Part shown: piece after piece, positions 56,083 to 64,000 of the stretch | Position numbering within the stretch: position 1 is the first letter of the stretch | How the letters are laid out: each line of letters starts with the position of its first letter | NCBI GenBank assembly: GCA_910588185.1 | Contig: CAJUQR010000004.1 | Coordinates: 146,248-210,247, forward strand | Source of the DNA: an uncultured Peptostreptococcaceae bacterium | GTDB lineage: Bacteria > Bacillota > Clostridia > Peptostreptococcales > Anaerovoracaceae | Reading direction: 5' to 3' | DNA length: 64,000 nucleotides | Made by a program: the position numbers and the translations under genes | Notes under the pieces: model-generated | The model's input: only the letters and a program-made list of their open reading frames with translations | The model's database searches: none | What the model was told of the DNA's origin: nothing

Positions 56083-58545
56083 ATGATAGTTTCATTAGAA
56101 TGGCTAAAAGATTATACAGATGTAAATGTTTACCCTAAAGAATTCTGTGACAGAATGATAATGTCCGGTTCTAACCTTGAAACCATGGAGCACGTTGGAT
56201 GCGATATGGAAAATGTAGTAGTAGGAAAGATAGTAAAGATAGATAAACATCCTGATGCCGATAAGCTGGTAGTATGTCAGCTTGAAGTAGGAGGCAGCAG
56301 TCTTGTGCAGATAGTCACAGGCGCTCCTAACGTATTTGAAGGAGCATATGTTCCCGTAGCTCTTGATGGCAGCAGAATACCGGGACCTCTACACGGACAG
56401 CCAAAAAAAGAGGGAGGAGTTAAGATTAAAGCAGGTAAGCTAAGAGGCGTTGATTCATTTGGTATGCTTTGTTCCTTTGGAGAATTGGGATTTCAAGATA
56501 AAGTAGTTCCTGTAAATCAGAGAGACGGAATATGGATATTAAATGGCGAATATCCTGTAGGAATGGATTTTGCCAAAGCTCTCGAACTTGAAGATTATAT
56601 AATTGACTTTGAGATTACACCAAACAGACCTGACTGCCTTTCTATGGTAGGTATGGCAAGAGAAGCGGCAGCAACTTTTGACACTAAAGTCAAACATCCT
56701 GAAACTAAGTGCAAAAATGAAACGGGAAATGCCGCTGATTATGTCAGCGTAGAAGTAAAGTCGGATCTTTGCAAGAGATATGTGGCTAGGATTGTAAAAA
56801 ATGTCAAAGTACAGGATTCGCCTTGGTGGCTTCAGAGAAGACTCATACATGCAGGCATGAGACCTATCAATAATATAGTAGACGTTACTAACTTTGTAAT
56901 GCTTGAATACGGCCAGCCTATACATGCATTTGATATAAATAGTGTTGCAGGACGTAAAATTGTTGTAGATACAGCTTATGAAGGAGAAAAATTCACTACT
57001 CTTGACGGCAGCGAAAGGACATTGGACGATAAAATGCTCATGATTCATGATGCAGAAAAGTCTATTGCCGTTGCGGGAGTTATGGGTGGACTTAACTCAG
57101 AAATTGAAAATGATACTGATACAATAATAATTGAATCGGCTAATTTCTTAGGAAACAGCGTGAGAACCACGGCTAAAAGGCTGGGACTTAGGACAGAGGC
57201 GTCTTCCAGATATGAAAAAGGAATAGATTATAATATATGCCAGGATGCGGCAGACAGAGTATGTTACCTCATAGAGATGATAGGTGCAGGAACTGTTGTC
57301 GGCGGACGAGTAGATGTCTATAATACTGAGAAAGAAGACAATACGGTTCATGGCAGAGTAAGCAGAATCAATAAAGTTCTTGGAGTTGAAATACCAAGAG
57401 AACAGATGGTTAAATATTTTGAAAGCTTAGAGATGAAAGTCACAGGAGACGGAGATGATTTATATGTAACTCCTCCTACTGTAAGGCAGGATATTGAGAT
57501 TGAAGAGGATTTAATCGAAGAGGTTGCAAGACTTTATGGATATGATAAGCTTCCTGTAACTATTCCTAAAGGAAATAATGAAGCTTCTCAGCCATATGAA
57601 AGAGATGTAAAAGATTTGGCAAGAGAAGCGATGTGTGGTCTTGGTGCTAACGAAATTCAGACATATTCATTTGTAAGCCCTAAGGGAGTAGATAACATCA
57701 GAATAGATGAGGATTCATGGGAAAGGGCTTTCGTCAGACTTATAAATCCTCTCGGTGAGGATACTTCTGTTATGAGAACTGTGCTTACTCCTGAGATGCT
57801 CGAAGTTTTGGGAAGAAACTATTCAAGAAATATTGAATCCGTAAGAGCTTTTGAAATAGGTAATACATTCATGGTTAATCTTTTAGATGAAAAAGATTTG
57901 CCTACAGAAAGCGACGCTATGTCCATAGGACTTTACGGCAAGGAAGAAGATTTCTTTACTTTAAAGGGAATTATAGTTGAAATGCTTGGCAAACTTGGAA
58001 TCAAGGATTTAGAATTCATACCTGAGAAAGAATACGGATGTTATCATCCGGGCAGGTGTGCAAGAATATTGATTAAGGAGATTCATTACGGTTCAAACGG
58101 GCCTGAAGAAGAACTTGTTGAACTTGGAATAATGGGAGAAGTACATCCTGATGTAGCTGAAAAATATGGCATAGGAGTTCGTTGCTATACTGCGGAACTT
58201 ATGTTTAACGTAGTTACAGAGATGGCTAACCTTGAAAAATCTTATTCTCAGCTGCCTAAATATCCTTCAACATCAAGAGATATAGCCCTTGTCGTTGGTG
58301 AAGATATGGCAGTTGGAGATATAGAGAAAGTTATAAAAGGTGCAGGAGGAAAGCTCCTAAGAGATATTAAATTGTTTGATGTTTATAGAGGACCACAGGT
58401 AGGTGAAGATAAGAAGAGCGTTGCTTTTGCACTTACTTACAGGCATGATGAAAAGACATTGACTGATGATGATGTTAACAAAGTTCACGGCAAAATATTA
58501 AAAGCCCTTAAAGAAAAATTAGATGTAACTCTTAGAGATATTTAA
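56083..58545 (+). CDS. pheT: Phenylalanine-tRNA ligase beta subunit
   Basis: N-terminal tRNA-binding domain (HPDADKL), B3/4, B5 and C-terminal FDX-ACB domain. Confidence 0.95.
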   Translation: MIVSLEWLKDYTDVNVYPKEFCDRMIMSGSNLETMEHVGCDMENVVVGKIVKIDKHPDADKLVVCQLEVGGSSLVQIVTGAPNVFEGAYVPVALDGSRIPGPLHGQPKKEGGVKIKAGKLRGVDSFGMLCSFGELGFQDKVVPVNQRDGIWILNGEYPVGMDFAKALELEDYIIDFEITPNRPDCLSMVGMAREAAATFDTKVKHPETKCKNETGNAADYVSVEVKSDLCKRYVARIVKNVKVQDSPWWLQRRLIHAGMRPINNIVDVTNFVMLEYGQPIHAFDINSVAGRKIVVDTAYEGEKFTTLDGSERTLDDKMLMIHDAEKSIAVAGVMGGLNSEIENDTDTIIIESANFLGNSVRTTAKRLGLRTEASSRYEKGIDYNICQDAADRVCYLIEMIGAGTVVGGRVDVYNTEKEDNTVHGRVSRINKVLGVEIPREQMVKYFESLEMKVTGDGDDLYVTPPTVRQDIEIEEDLIEEVARLYGYDKLPVTIPKGNNEASQPYERDVKDLAREAMCGLGANEIQTYSFVSPKGVDNIRIDEDSWERAFVRLINPLGEDTSVMRTVLTPEMLEVLGRNYSRNIESVRAFEIGNTFMVNLLDEKDLPTESDAMSIGLYGKEEDFFTLKGIIVEMLGKLGIKDLEFIPEKEYGCYHPGRCARILIKEIHYGSNGPEEELVELGIMGEVHPDVAEKYGIGVRCYTAELMFNVVTEMANLEKSYSQLPKYPSTSRDIALVVGEDMAVGDIEKVIKGAGGKLLRDIKLFDVYRGPQVGEDKKSVAFALTYRHDEKTLTDDDVNKVHGKILKALKEKLDVTLRDI

Positions 58546-58556
58546 GGAGAACAAGT

Positions 58557-59030
58557 ATGGAGAACAACAGGGTAAAAGTAAGGATTTATGGACAGGAATA
58601 CACTATAGCAGGTGAAAGAGATGAAGAAACCATAAGAAAAATTGCAGACCATGTCAATGAAAGGATGCGGCAGCTGGGACGCAGCTATTCGACAAGTGGT
58701 CAGGTAACCCTCGCTGTTTTAACTGCTATAAATATAGCTGATGAATATTTTGATGCTTTAGAATTGATAGATGAACTTAAGGAGTCTAAGGTTCAGCTTG
58801 AAAAAGATACTAAACATTATTTGAAAATGTGGGACGAAGCTAAAAAAAGCTTCGCCCTTTATAAAGAAAATGCAGCAAAAGCTGCTGAAGAAAAGAAGGA
58901 GAGCGACGACAAGTATAAGGAACTACAAGCACGCTGCAGCGAGTTTGAAAATTCCTTCTTTGATCTTCAAATGGAGAATTTACAGTTGAAGAACGAACTT
59001 GACAAATACAAAAAGTCTAATGGAATCTAA
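58557..59030 (+). CDS. zapA: Cell division protein ZapA
   Basis: VKVRIYGQEYTIAG N-terminal domain plus a coiled-coil tail. Confidence 0.8.
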   Translation: MENNRVKVRIYGQEYTIAGERDEETIRKIADHVNERMRQLGRSYSTSGQVTLAVLTAINIADEYFDALELIDELKESKVQLEKDTKHYLKMWDEAKKSFALYKENAAKAAEEKKESDDKYKELQARCSEFENSFFDLQMENLQLKNELDKYKKSNGI

Positions 59031-61392
59031 GACGTTTAATACTCTTGAGTACAACAAAATAATAGAACTGTTATCGGAGCAGGCAAGCTGCGATATGGCA
59101 AAAAAAATACTCCGCAGTATTAAGCCTATGACTTGTGCAGCGGAGATTTGTGATGCTATTTCAGAGACTACAGAGGCTCAGACTGTCATAATCAAAAAAG
59201 GTATGGTACCTCTTGGACAAATTTATGATATATCAGGAAGCCTGAGCTTTGCACGCAAGGGTGGAAGCCTTAATATGAAACAGCTTCTACAAGTTTTATA
59301 TAATTTGAAAGTTGCGAGCAATGTTATTACTTTTTTGAAAAGTGATTTACCTGAATTGCCTATTATAGATTCTATAAGGGAGGTTTTGGTGACTTTTCCA
59401 AGGCTTGCAGAAAACATAGACAGATGTATATTGTCAGAAGATGAAATGGCAGATAATGCATCTAGCGAACTTAAAAATATAAGGCGCAGTATAACAAGAC
59501 AAAATGATGCTATCAAGAACAGGATTAACAATATATTGAATTCTGCCGATAATAGGACATATCTGCAAGACTCCATAGTTACTATTAGAGATGGCAGATA
59601 TGTAATACCTGTTAAGGCTGAACACAGAGGAAGATTTCAAGGGATTATACATGACCAGTCTTCAACAGGAGCGACTCTCTTTATTGAACCTCAGGTTATA
59701 GTAAATATGAATAATGAGCTCAGGGAACTTGAACTTGCAGAAAAAGTGGAAGTTGAGAGAATTTTATTAGAGCTTTCTTCTGCTGTCGCAGAACATTTTC
59801 ATGAGATAATGAATAATCAAAAGCTTCTCATAGACTTAGATGTTATATTTGCGAAAGGAAAGCTGTCTATGTTGATGGGCGGTGAAGCTCCGGAGATTGC
59901 AGAGGATGGCATGCTCCATCTTAAGTCTGCGAGGCACCCTCTCATAGATAAGAAAAAAGTTATTCCTATTGATGTAAAATTGGGTGATGATTATAAGACT
60001 CTTGTTGTAACAGGTCCTAATACAGGAGGAAAAACTGTTACTCTTAAAACAGTAGGATTGTTGGTATTGATGGCTCAGAGCGGACTTCATATACCTGCGG
60101 CGATGACTAGCAGGATACCGGTTTTTGAAAGAGTATTTGCGGATATAGGAGATGAACAGAGCATTGAGCAGAGTCTGTCCACTTTTTCTTCCCATATGAA
60201 AAATATAGTTTATATATTAGGTGAAGTTAATAATAACTCTCTTGTGCTTCTTGATGAGCTTGGAGCAGGCACAGACCCTACGGAAGGAGCGGCGCTGGCA
60301 ATTTCAATATTGGAAAATCTTAAGAATTGGGGAGCATGTACCATAGCAACTACCCATTATAATGAGCTTAAAAAATATGCACTTTCTACAGATGGTGTAG
60401 AAAATGGATCTATGGAGTTTAATATAAATACACTTAGTCCTACTTATAGACTTATGACAGGAATACCTGGCAAATCCAATGCTTTTGAGATTTCAAGAAA
60501 GCTGGGGCTTTCAGAAGAATTGATAAATAGGGCTTCTGAACTTCTTGAGCGTAAAGATATAGAGTTTGAAGATGTGATTCAGAGCATAGAAAAGGACAAG
60601 AAAAGGGCTGAGGAAGAACGAGATGAGGCTACTATGCTTAACATCTCAATGAAAAAGCAGAAAGAAGAACTTGAAAAGCAAGCGGTTCGTATCAAAGAGC
60701 AGGAAAGAGATATAATTCAAAAAGCTAAGGAAGAGGCTAGAAGCATTCTCAAGGAAGCTAAGGATACTGCCGGCGATGTGAGCAAGGAACTGCGAAGACT
60801 AAGTAAAATTGATAGTCTAGGAGAAAGAAACAGACGATTTGATGAGACCAAGAAGAGACTTAAAGAGGCAGAGGATAAGTTTGCAGAGAGAATGGTAAGA
60901 AGAGTTAACCAGAGCCCTGTAAACGTGGATAAACTTAAAGTTGGAGACAAAGTCAGAGTTCTTACTTTAGACCAGGCCGGTGAGATATTATCGCTACCTG
61001 ACAGTAAGGGCGATTTGGTTGTAAAGATAGGAATAATGAAAGTTAACATAAATGTTGATGATCTGATGTTTCTCGAGAATGATATAAAAAAGGAAGACAA
61101 GGCGAAGGGCAGATATGGCAGTCTTTACAAGAGTAAAGCGCAGAGTATATCTGTATCTGTGAATGTTCAAGGTGAAAACTTAGACGATGCGGTGATGGAT
61201 GTTGATAAATACCTTGACGATGCCTTTATGGCAGGTCTAAAGGAGGTTACTGTAATCCATGGAAGAGGAGAGGGAATCCTCAAAGAAGGTTTAAGGAAAC
61301 TTTTTAGAAGACATAAACATGTGGCATCATACAGAAAAGGCGGTTATAATGAAGGCGGCGACGGAGTCACTATAGTGACGCTGAAGGAGTAG
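59020..61392 (+). CDS. mutS2: Endonuclease MutS2 (MutS domain V ATPase plus a C-terminal Smr domain)
   Basis: Walker A GPNTGGKT, DELGAGTDP, and Smr motif VIHGRGEGILK. Start ATG 59020 is preferred over TTG 58999. Confidence 0.9.
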   Translation: MESKTFNTLEYNKIIELLSEQASCDMAKKILRSIKPMTCAAEICDAISETTEAQTVIIKKGMVPLGQIYDISGSLSFARKGGSLNMKQLLQVLYNLKVASNVITFLKSDLPELPIIDSIREVLVTFPRLAENIDRCILSEDEMADNASSELKNIRRSITRQNDAIKNRINNILNSADNRTYLQDSIVTIRDGRYVIPVKAEHRGRFQGIIHDQSSTGATLFIEPQVIVNMNNELRELELAEKVEVERILLELSSAVAEHFHEIMNNQKLLIDLDVIFAKGKLSMLMGGEAPEIAEDGMLHLKSARHPLIDKKKVIPIDVKLGDDYKTLVVTGPNTGGKTVTLKTVGLLVLMAQSGLHIPAAMTSRIPVFERVFADIGDEQSIEQSLSTFSSHMKNIVYILGEVNNNSLVLLDELGAGTDPTEGAALAISILENLKNWGACTIATTHYNELKKYALSTDGVENGSMEFNINTLSPTYRLMTGIPGKSNAFEISRKLGLSEELINRASELLERKDIEFEDVIQSIEKDKKRAEEERDEATMLNISMKKQKEELEKQAVRIKEQERDIIQKAKEEARSILKEAKDTAGDVSKELRRLSKIDSLGERNRRFDETKKRLKEAEDKFAERMVRRVNQSPVNVDKLKVGDKVRVLTLDQAGEILSLPDSKGDLVVKIGIMKVNINVDDLMFLENDIKKEDKAKGRYGSLYKSKAQSISVSVNVQGENLDDAVMDVDKYLDDAFMAGLKEVTVIHGRGEGILKEGLRKLFRRHKHVASYRKGGYNEGGDGVTIVTLKE

Positions 61393-61396
61393 ATAC

Positions 61397-61837
61397 ATGT
61401 ATATAATAAGCAAATGTCTCCTTGGGCATAATTGTAAATATAATGGCGGCAATAATAAAAACGAAAATGTAATAGAATTTTGCAATAAGCATAAATATAT
61501 TGCAGTATGTCCTGAATCTCTGGGAAACTTGCCTTGCCCAAGGCCTCCGGCAGAGATAACAGAGGGATGTGTAATTGACAAAAATGGAAGAGATGTGACG
61601 CAAAGTTTTGCAGATGGAGCCAAAGCTGCCATGAATATCTGTATAAAAGTTTCTGAAGAGCTAGGAGAAAGACTGGAAGGCGCCATATTAAAAGCTAACA
61701 GTCCTTCATGTGGGCATGGCAAGGTCTATGACGGAACTTTTTCAGGAGTGCTAACTGATGGTAACGGCATTTTTGCAAGGTTGCTTAAGGAGAACGGAAT
61801 AGATATAATTACAGAAAAGGAGAAGATAAAATGGTAA
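61397..61837 (+). CDS. DUF523-family protein
   Basis: N-terminus SKCLLGHNCKYNGG and a later PSCG motif. Confidence 0.7.
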   Translation: MYIISKCLLGHNCKYNGGNNKNENVIEFCNKHKYIAVCPESLGNLPCPRPPAEITEGCVIDKNGRDVTQSFADGAKAAMNICIKVSEELGERLEGAILKANSPSCGHGKVYDGTFSGVLTDGNGIFARLLKENGIDIITEKEKIKW

Positions 61838-63549
61838 ATTTCAAGGAAGAAATTGCAAAGATTATATCGGGACATATCGATGGTCTTTCTGAGCAGGATA
61901 TATATAATATGATTGAAATCCCACAGGATTCAAAGATGGGAGATTATGCATTTCCATGCTTTAAGCTGGCAAAAACTCTGAGAAAAGCTCCTCCTATGAT
62001 AGCTTCAGATATTGCTGCAAAAATAGGAGATAATTCAATATTTGAAAAAGTTGAGCAGGTAAATGCTTATGTGAATATGTTTATATCCAAAGAAGAATTG
62101 GTCAAGGACGTAATTGTGGAGGTCCTTAAAGAGGGAGAAGATTATGGCAAGACAGATATAGGCGGAGGAAAAACTGTAATTGTAGAGTTTTCATCCCCTA
62201 ACATAGCTAAGCCGTTCCACATAGGTCATATAAGAAGTACTGTGATAGGAAACTCTATAAATAAGATATATAAAGCTATGGGATATAATGTGGTTCGTAT
62301 TAATCACCTTGGAGATTACGGAACACAGTTCGGAAAGATGATCTGCGCTTACAGACATTGGGGAAATAAAGAAGATGTAATCAAAGAACCTATAAAGACT
62401 CTTCTTCATTATTATACTAAATTCCATGAAGAGGTAGATAATCATCCTGAGCTTGATGATGAAGCAAGACAAATATTTACAAAGCTTGAGCATGGTGAAA
62501 AGGAAGAGACAGAGCTCTGGCAGTGGTTTAGAGATGAGAGCTTAAAAGAATTCAACAGAGTATATAAAATGCTTGGTATAGAATTTGATTCTTATGCAGG
62601 AGAAAGCTTTTATTCTGACAAGATGCCACAAGTGGTTCAAATGTTAAAGGATAATAATCTCATAGAAAAATCACAGGGCGCCGAAATAGTGGATCTTGAA
62701 CCTTATGGCCTTACGCCTGCACTGATCACTAAGTCAGATGGTTCATCTCTGTATATTACAAGAGATATAGCAGCTTCTGTTTATAGAAAAAATACTTATG
62801 ATTTCTATAAAAATATATATGTTGTAGCATCTCAGCAAAATCTTCACTTCCAACAGTGGATAAAGATTATAGAGCTTTTGGGCTTTGATTGGGCAAGAGA
62901 CAATATTCACGTTCCTTTTGGTCTTGTAAGCCTTGAGGAGGGAACTATGTCCACTCGTCACGGAAGAGTAGTGTTCCTTGAAGATGTACTAAACAGAGCA
63001 GTTGAGCAGACGAAAGAAATCATAAAAGAAAAAGGCGTAAATACGGATAATATAGAAGAGACAGCTAAACAGGTAGGAATAGGCGCAGTAGTATTCCAAG
63101 AACTGTCTAACAATAGAATAAAGGATTATGTTTTCTCATGGAACAAAGTTCTTGACTTTAACGGAGAAACAGGTCCTTATGTTCAGTACACTTATGCCAG
63201 AGCGGCCAGTGTTCTTCGTAATGCAGGGCAGGAGGCGTGTGCTAAAGCATTGGATGCACACAACATCAATCCTGAATATATTACAGGTGATAGTGCATAT
63301 GAGCTTGCGAAACTTATTTATGCATTGCCGCAGACTATTGTTGATGCAGGTGAAAAATATGAGCCATCGGTCGTTACAAGACATATCGTAAATTTGGCTC
63401 AAGCATTTAATCGTTTTTATCATGATGAACACATCTTGGTAGATAATGAAGAAGAAAAGATTACTAAGTTAGCCATGGTTGCAGCAGCTAAAACTGCAAT
63501 AAAGAACGGTCTTGCGCTGCTTGGAATGGAAGCGCCGGAGCGTATGTAG
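61831..63549 (+). CDS. argS: Arginine-tRNA ligase
   Basis: Class I HIGH-type motif PNIAKPFHIGH, a KMSK-equivalent MSTR, and a DALR anticodon-binding domain. Confidence 0.95.
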   Translation: MVNFKEEIAKIISGHIDGLSEQDIYNMIEIPQDSKMGDYAFPCFKLAKTLRKAPPMIASDIAAKIGDNSIFEKVEQVNAYVNMFISKEELVKDVIVEVLKEGEDYGKTDIGGGKTVIVEFSSPNIAKPFHIGHIRSTVIGNSINKIYKAMGYNVVRINHLGDYGTQFGKMICAYRHWGNKEDVIKEPIKTLLHYYTKFHEEVDNHPELDDEARQIFTKLEHGEKEETELWQWFRDESLKEFNRVYKMLGIEFDSYAGESFYSDKMPQVVQMLKDNNLIEKSQGAEIVDLEPYGLTPALITKSDGSSLYITRDIAASVYRKNTYDFYKNIYVVASQQNLHFQQWIKIIELLGFDWARDNIHVPFGLVSLEEGTMSTRHGRVVFLEDVLNRAVEQTKEIIKEKGVNTDNIEETAKQVGIGAVVFQELSNNRIKDYVFSWNKVLDFNGETGPYVQYTYARAASVLRNAGQEACAKALDAHNINPEYITGDSAYELAKLIYALPQTIVDAGEKYEPSVVTRHIVNLAQAFNRFYHDEHILVDNEEEKITKLAMVAAAKTAIKNGLALLGMEAPERM

Positions 63550-63583
63550 TTTTTGATTATCATATTCTCGTTAAGCCTGATTT

Positions 63584-63701
63584 AAATTTATACTTCCTTG
63601 TCAGTGCTGCTTTCTGTTTTGCAAATCAAGTCGGCTGGAACTCGCTCATAGGAGCTCAGACAGCCATCCGCCTTGAGCAAAAAAGAGAAAGCGCACTTTG
63701 G
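63584..63701 (+). repeat. 118-bp structured direct repeat, copy 1
   Basis: 114/118 identical to 63883-64000. It folds as a long interrupted hairpin. Confidence 0.8.
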
Positions 63702-63882
63702 AAGCATGGAAATTTTAATCAAAGCTTCCTCGAATATGATAATCAAATTAGAGAAGCTGGGGTGTTTAGCCAATTTGGGCAAAACTTGCGAAATTTAATT
63801 TAAGGAGTACGAGAATTTTGTTCAAAGTCGCAAAAATATGATAATCTCCAGTTGGAGATCTATAAAGAATGGTTTCTTATTA

Positions 63883-64000
63883 AAATTTATACTTCCTTGT
63901 CAGTGTGGCTTTCTGTTTTGCAAATCAAGTCGGCTGGAACTCGCTCATAGGAACTCAGACAGCCATCCGCCTTGAGCAAAAAAGAGAAAGCGTACTTTGG
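63883..64000 (+). repeat. 118-bp structured direct repeat, copy 2 (runs to the window end)
   Basis: Offset 299 bp from copy 1. Confidence 0.8.

Noticed and set aside
63588-63782. A 64-aa minus-strand ORF over repeat copy 1.
   Set aside because: It has no RBS. The substitution pattern between the two repeat copies fits plus-strand RNA pairing rather than protein constraint.

Overview
This is a 64-kb chromosomal window from a low-GC Gram-positive anaerobe. Gene content and order look like class Clostridia, which is an inference. Most of it is core genome.

Core content, in order:
- thrC 3' end and tRNA-Ser(GGA).
- A YyaL-like thioredoxin-domain protein and an SDR.
- A sigma-54-controlled four-gene amino-acid cluster.
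- A RocB-like peptidase followed by the arginine deiminase genes (OTCase, arcA, arcC).
- Housekeeping genes (xth, proC, rbr and others).
- A module of ABC transporter, two-component system and PepSY protein.
- A long dcw cell-division cluster: mraZ-rsmH-ftsL-PBP-murE-murF-mraY-murD-ftsW-murG / murA-ftsQ-ftsZ.
- pheST, zapA, mutS2 and argS.

Non-routine content:
1. A 485-aa protein with about 17% Cys sits divergent from mraZ. It is built from CGCGC-xxx repeat arrays flanking a non-repetitive core, and I cannot assign it to a family.
2. An AT-rich island lies next to tRNA-Ser, with repeated copies of the tRNA 3' end. It carries a two-gene cassette bracketed by direct repeats, one gene encoding a membrane-anchored protein with a HEPN-type Rx4H motif. 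It also carries a small tyrosine recombinase followed by lox-like inverted sites. These sites bracket a 277-bp segment directly upstream of a sortase-anchored surface protein, a candidate phase-variation switch.
3. A sigma-54 operon combines serine-dehydratase-like, PanB-like and AlaDH-like enzymes. It has a near-consensus -24/-12 promoter.
4. Two families of structured intergenic repeats are present, and one copy splits the dcw cluster.

All calls come from reading the sequence and the ORF translations. No database search was run.
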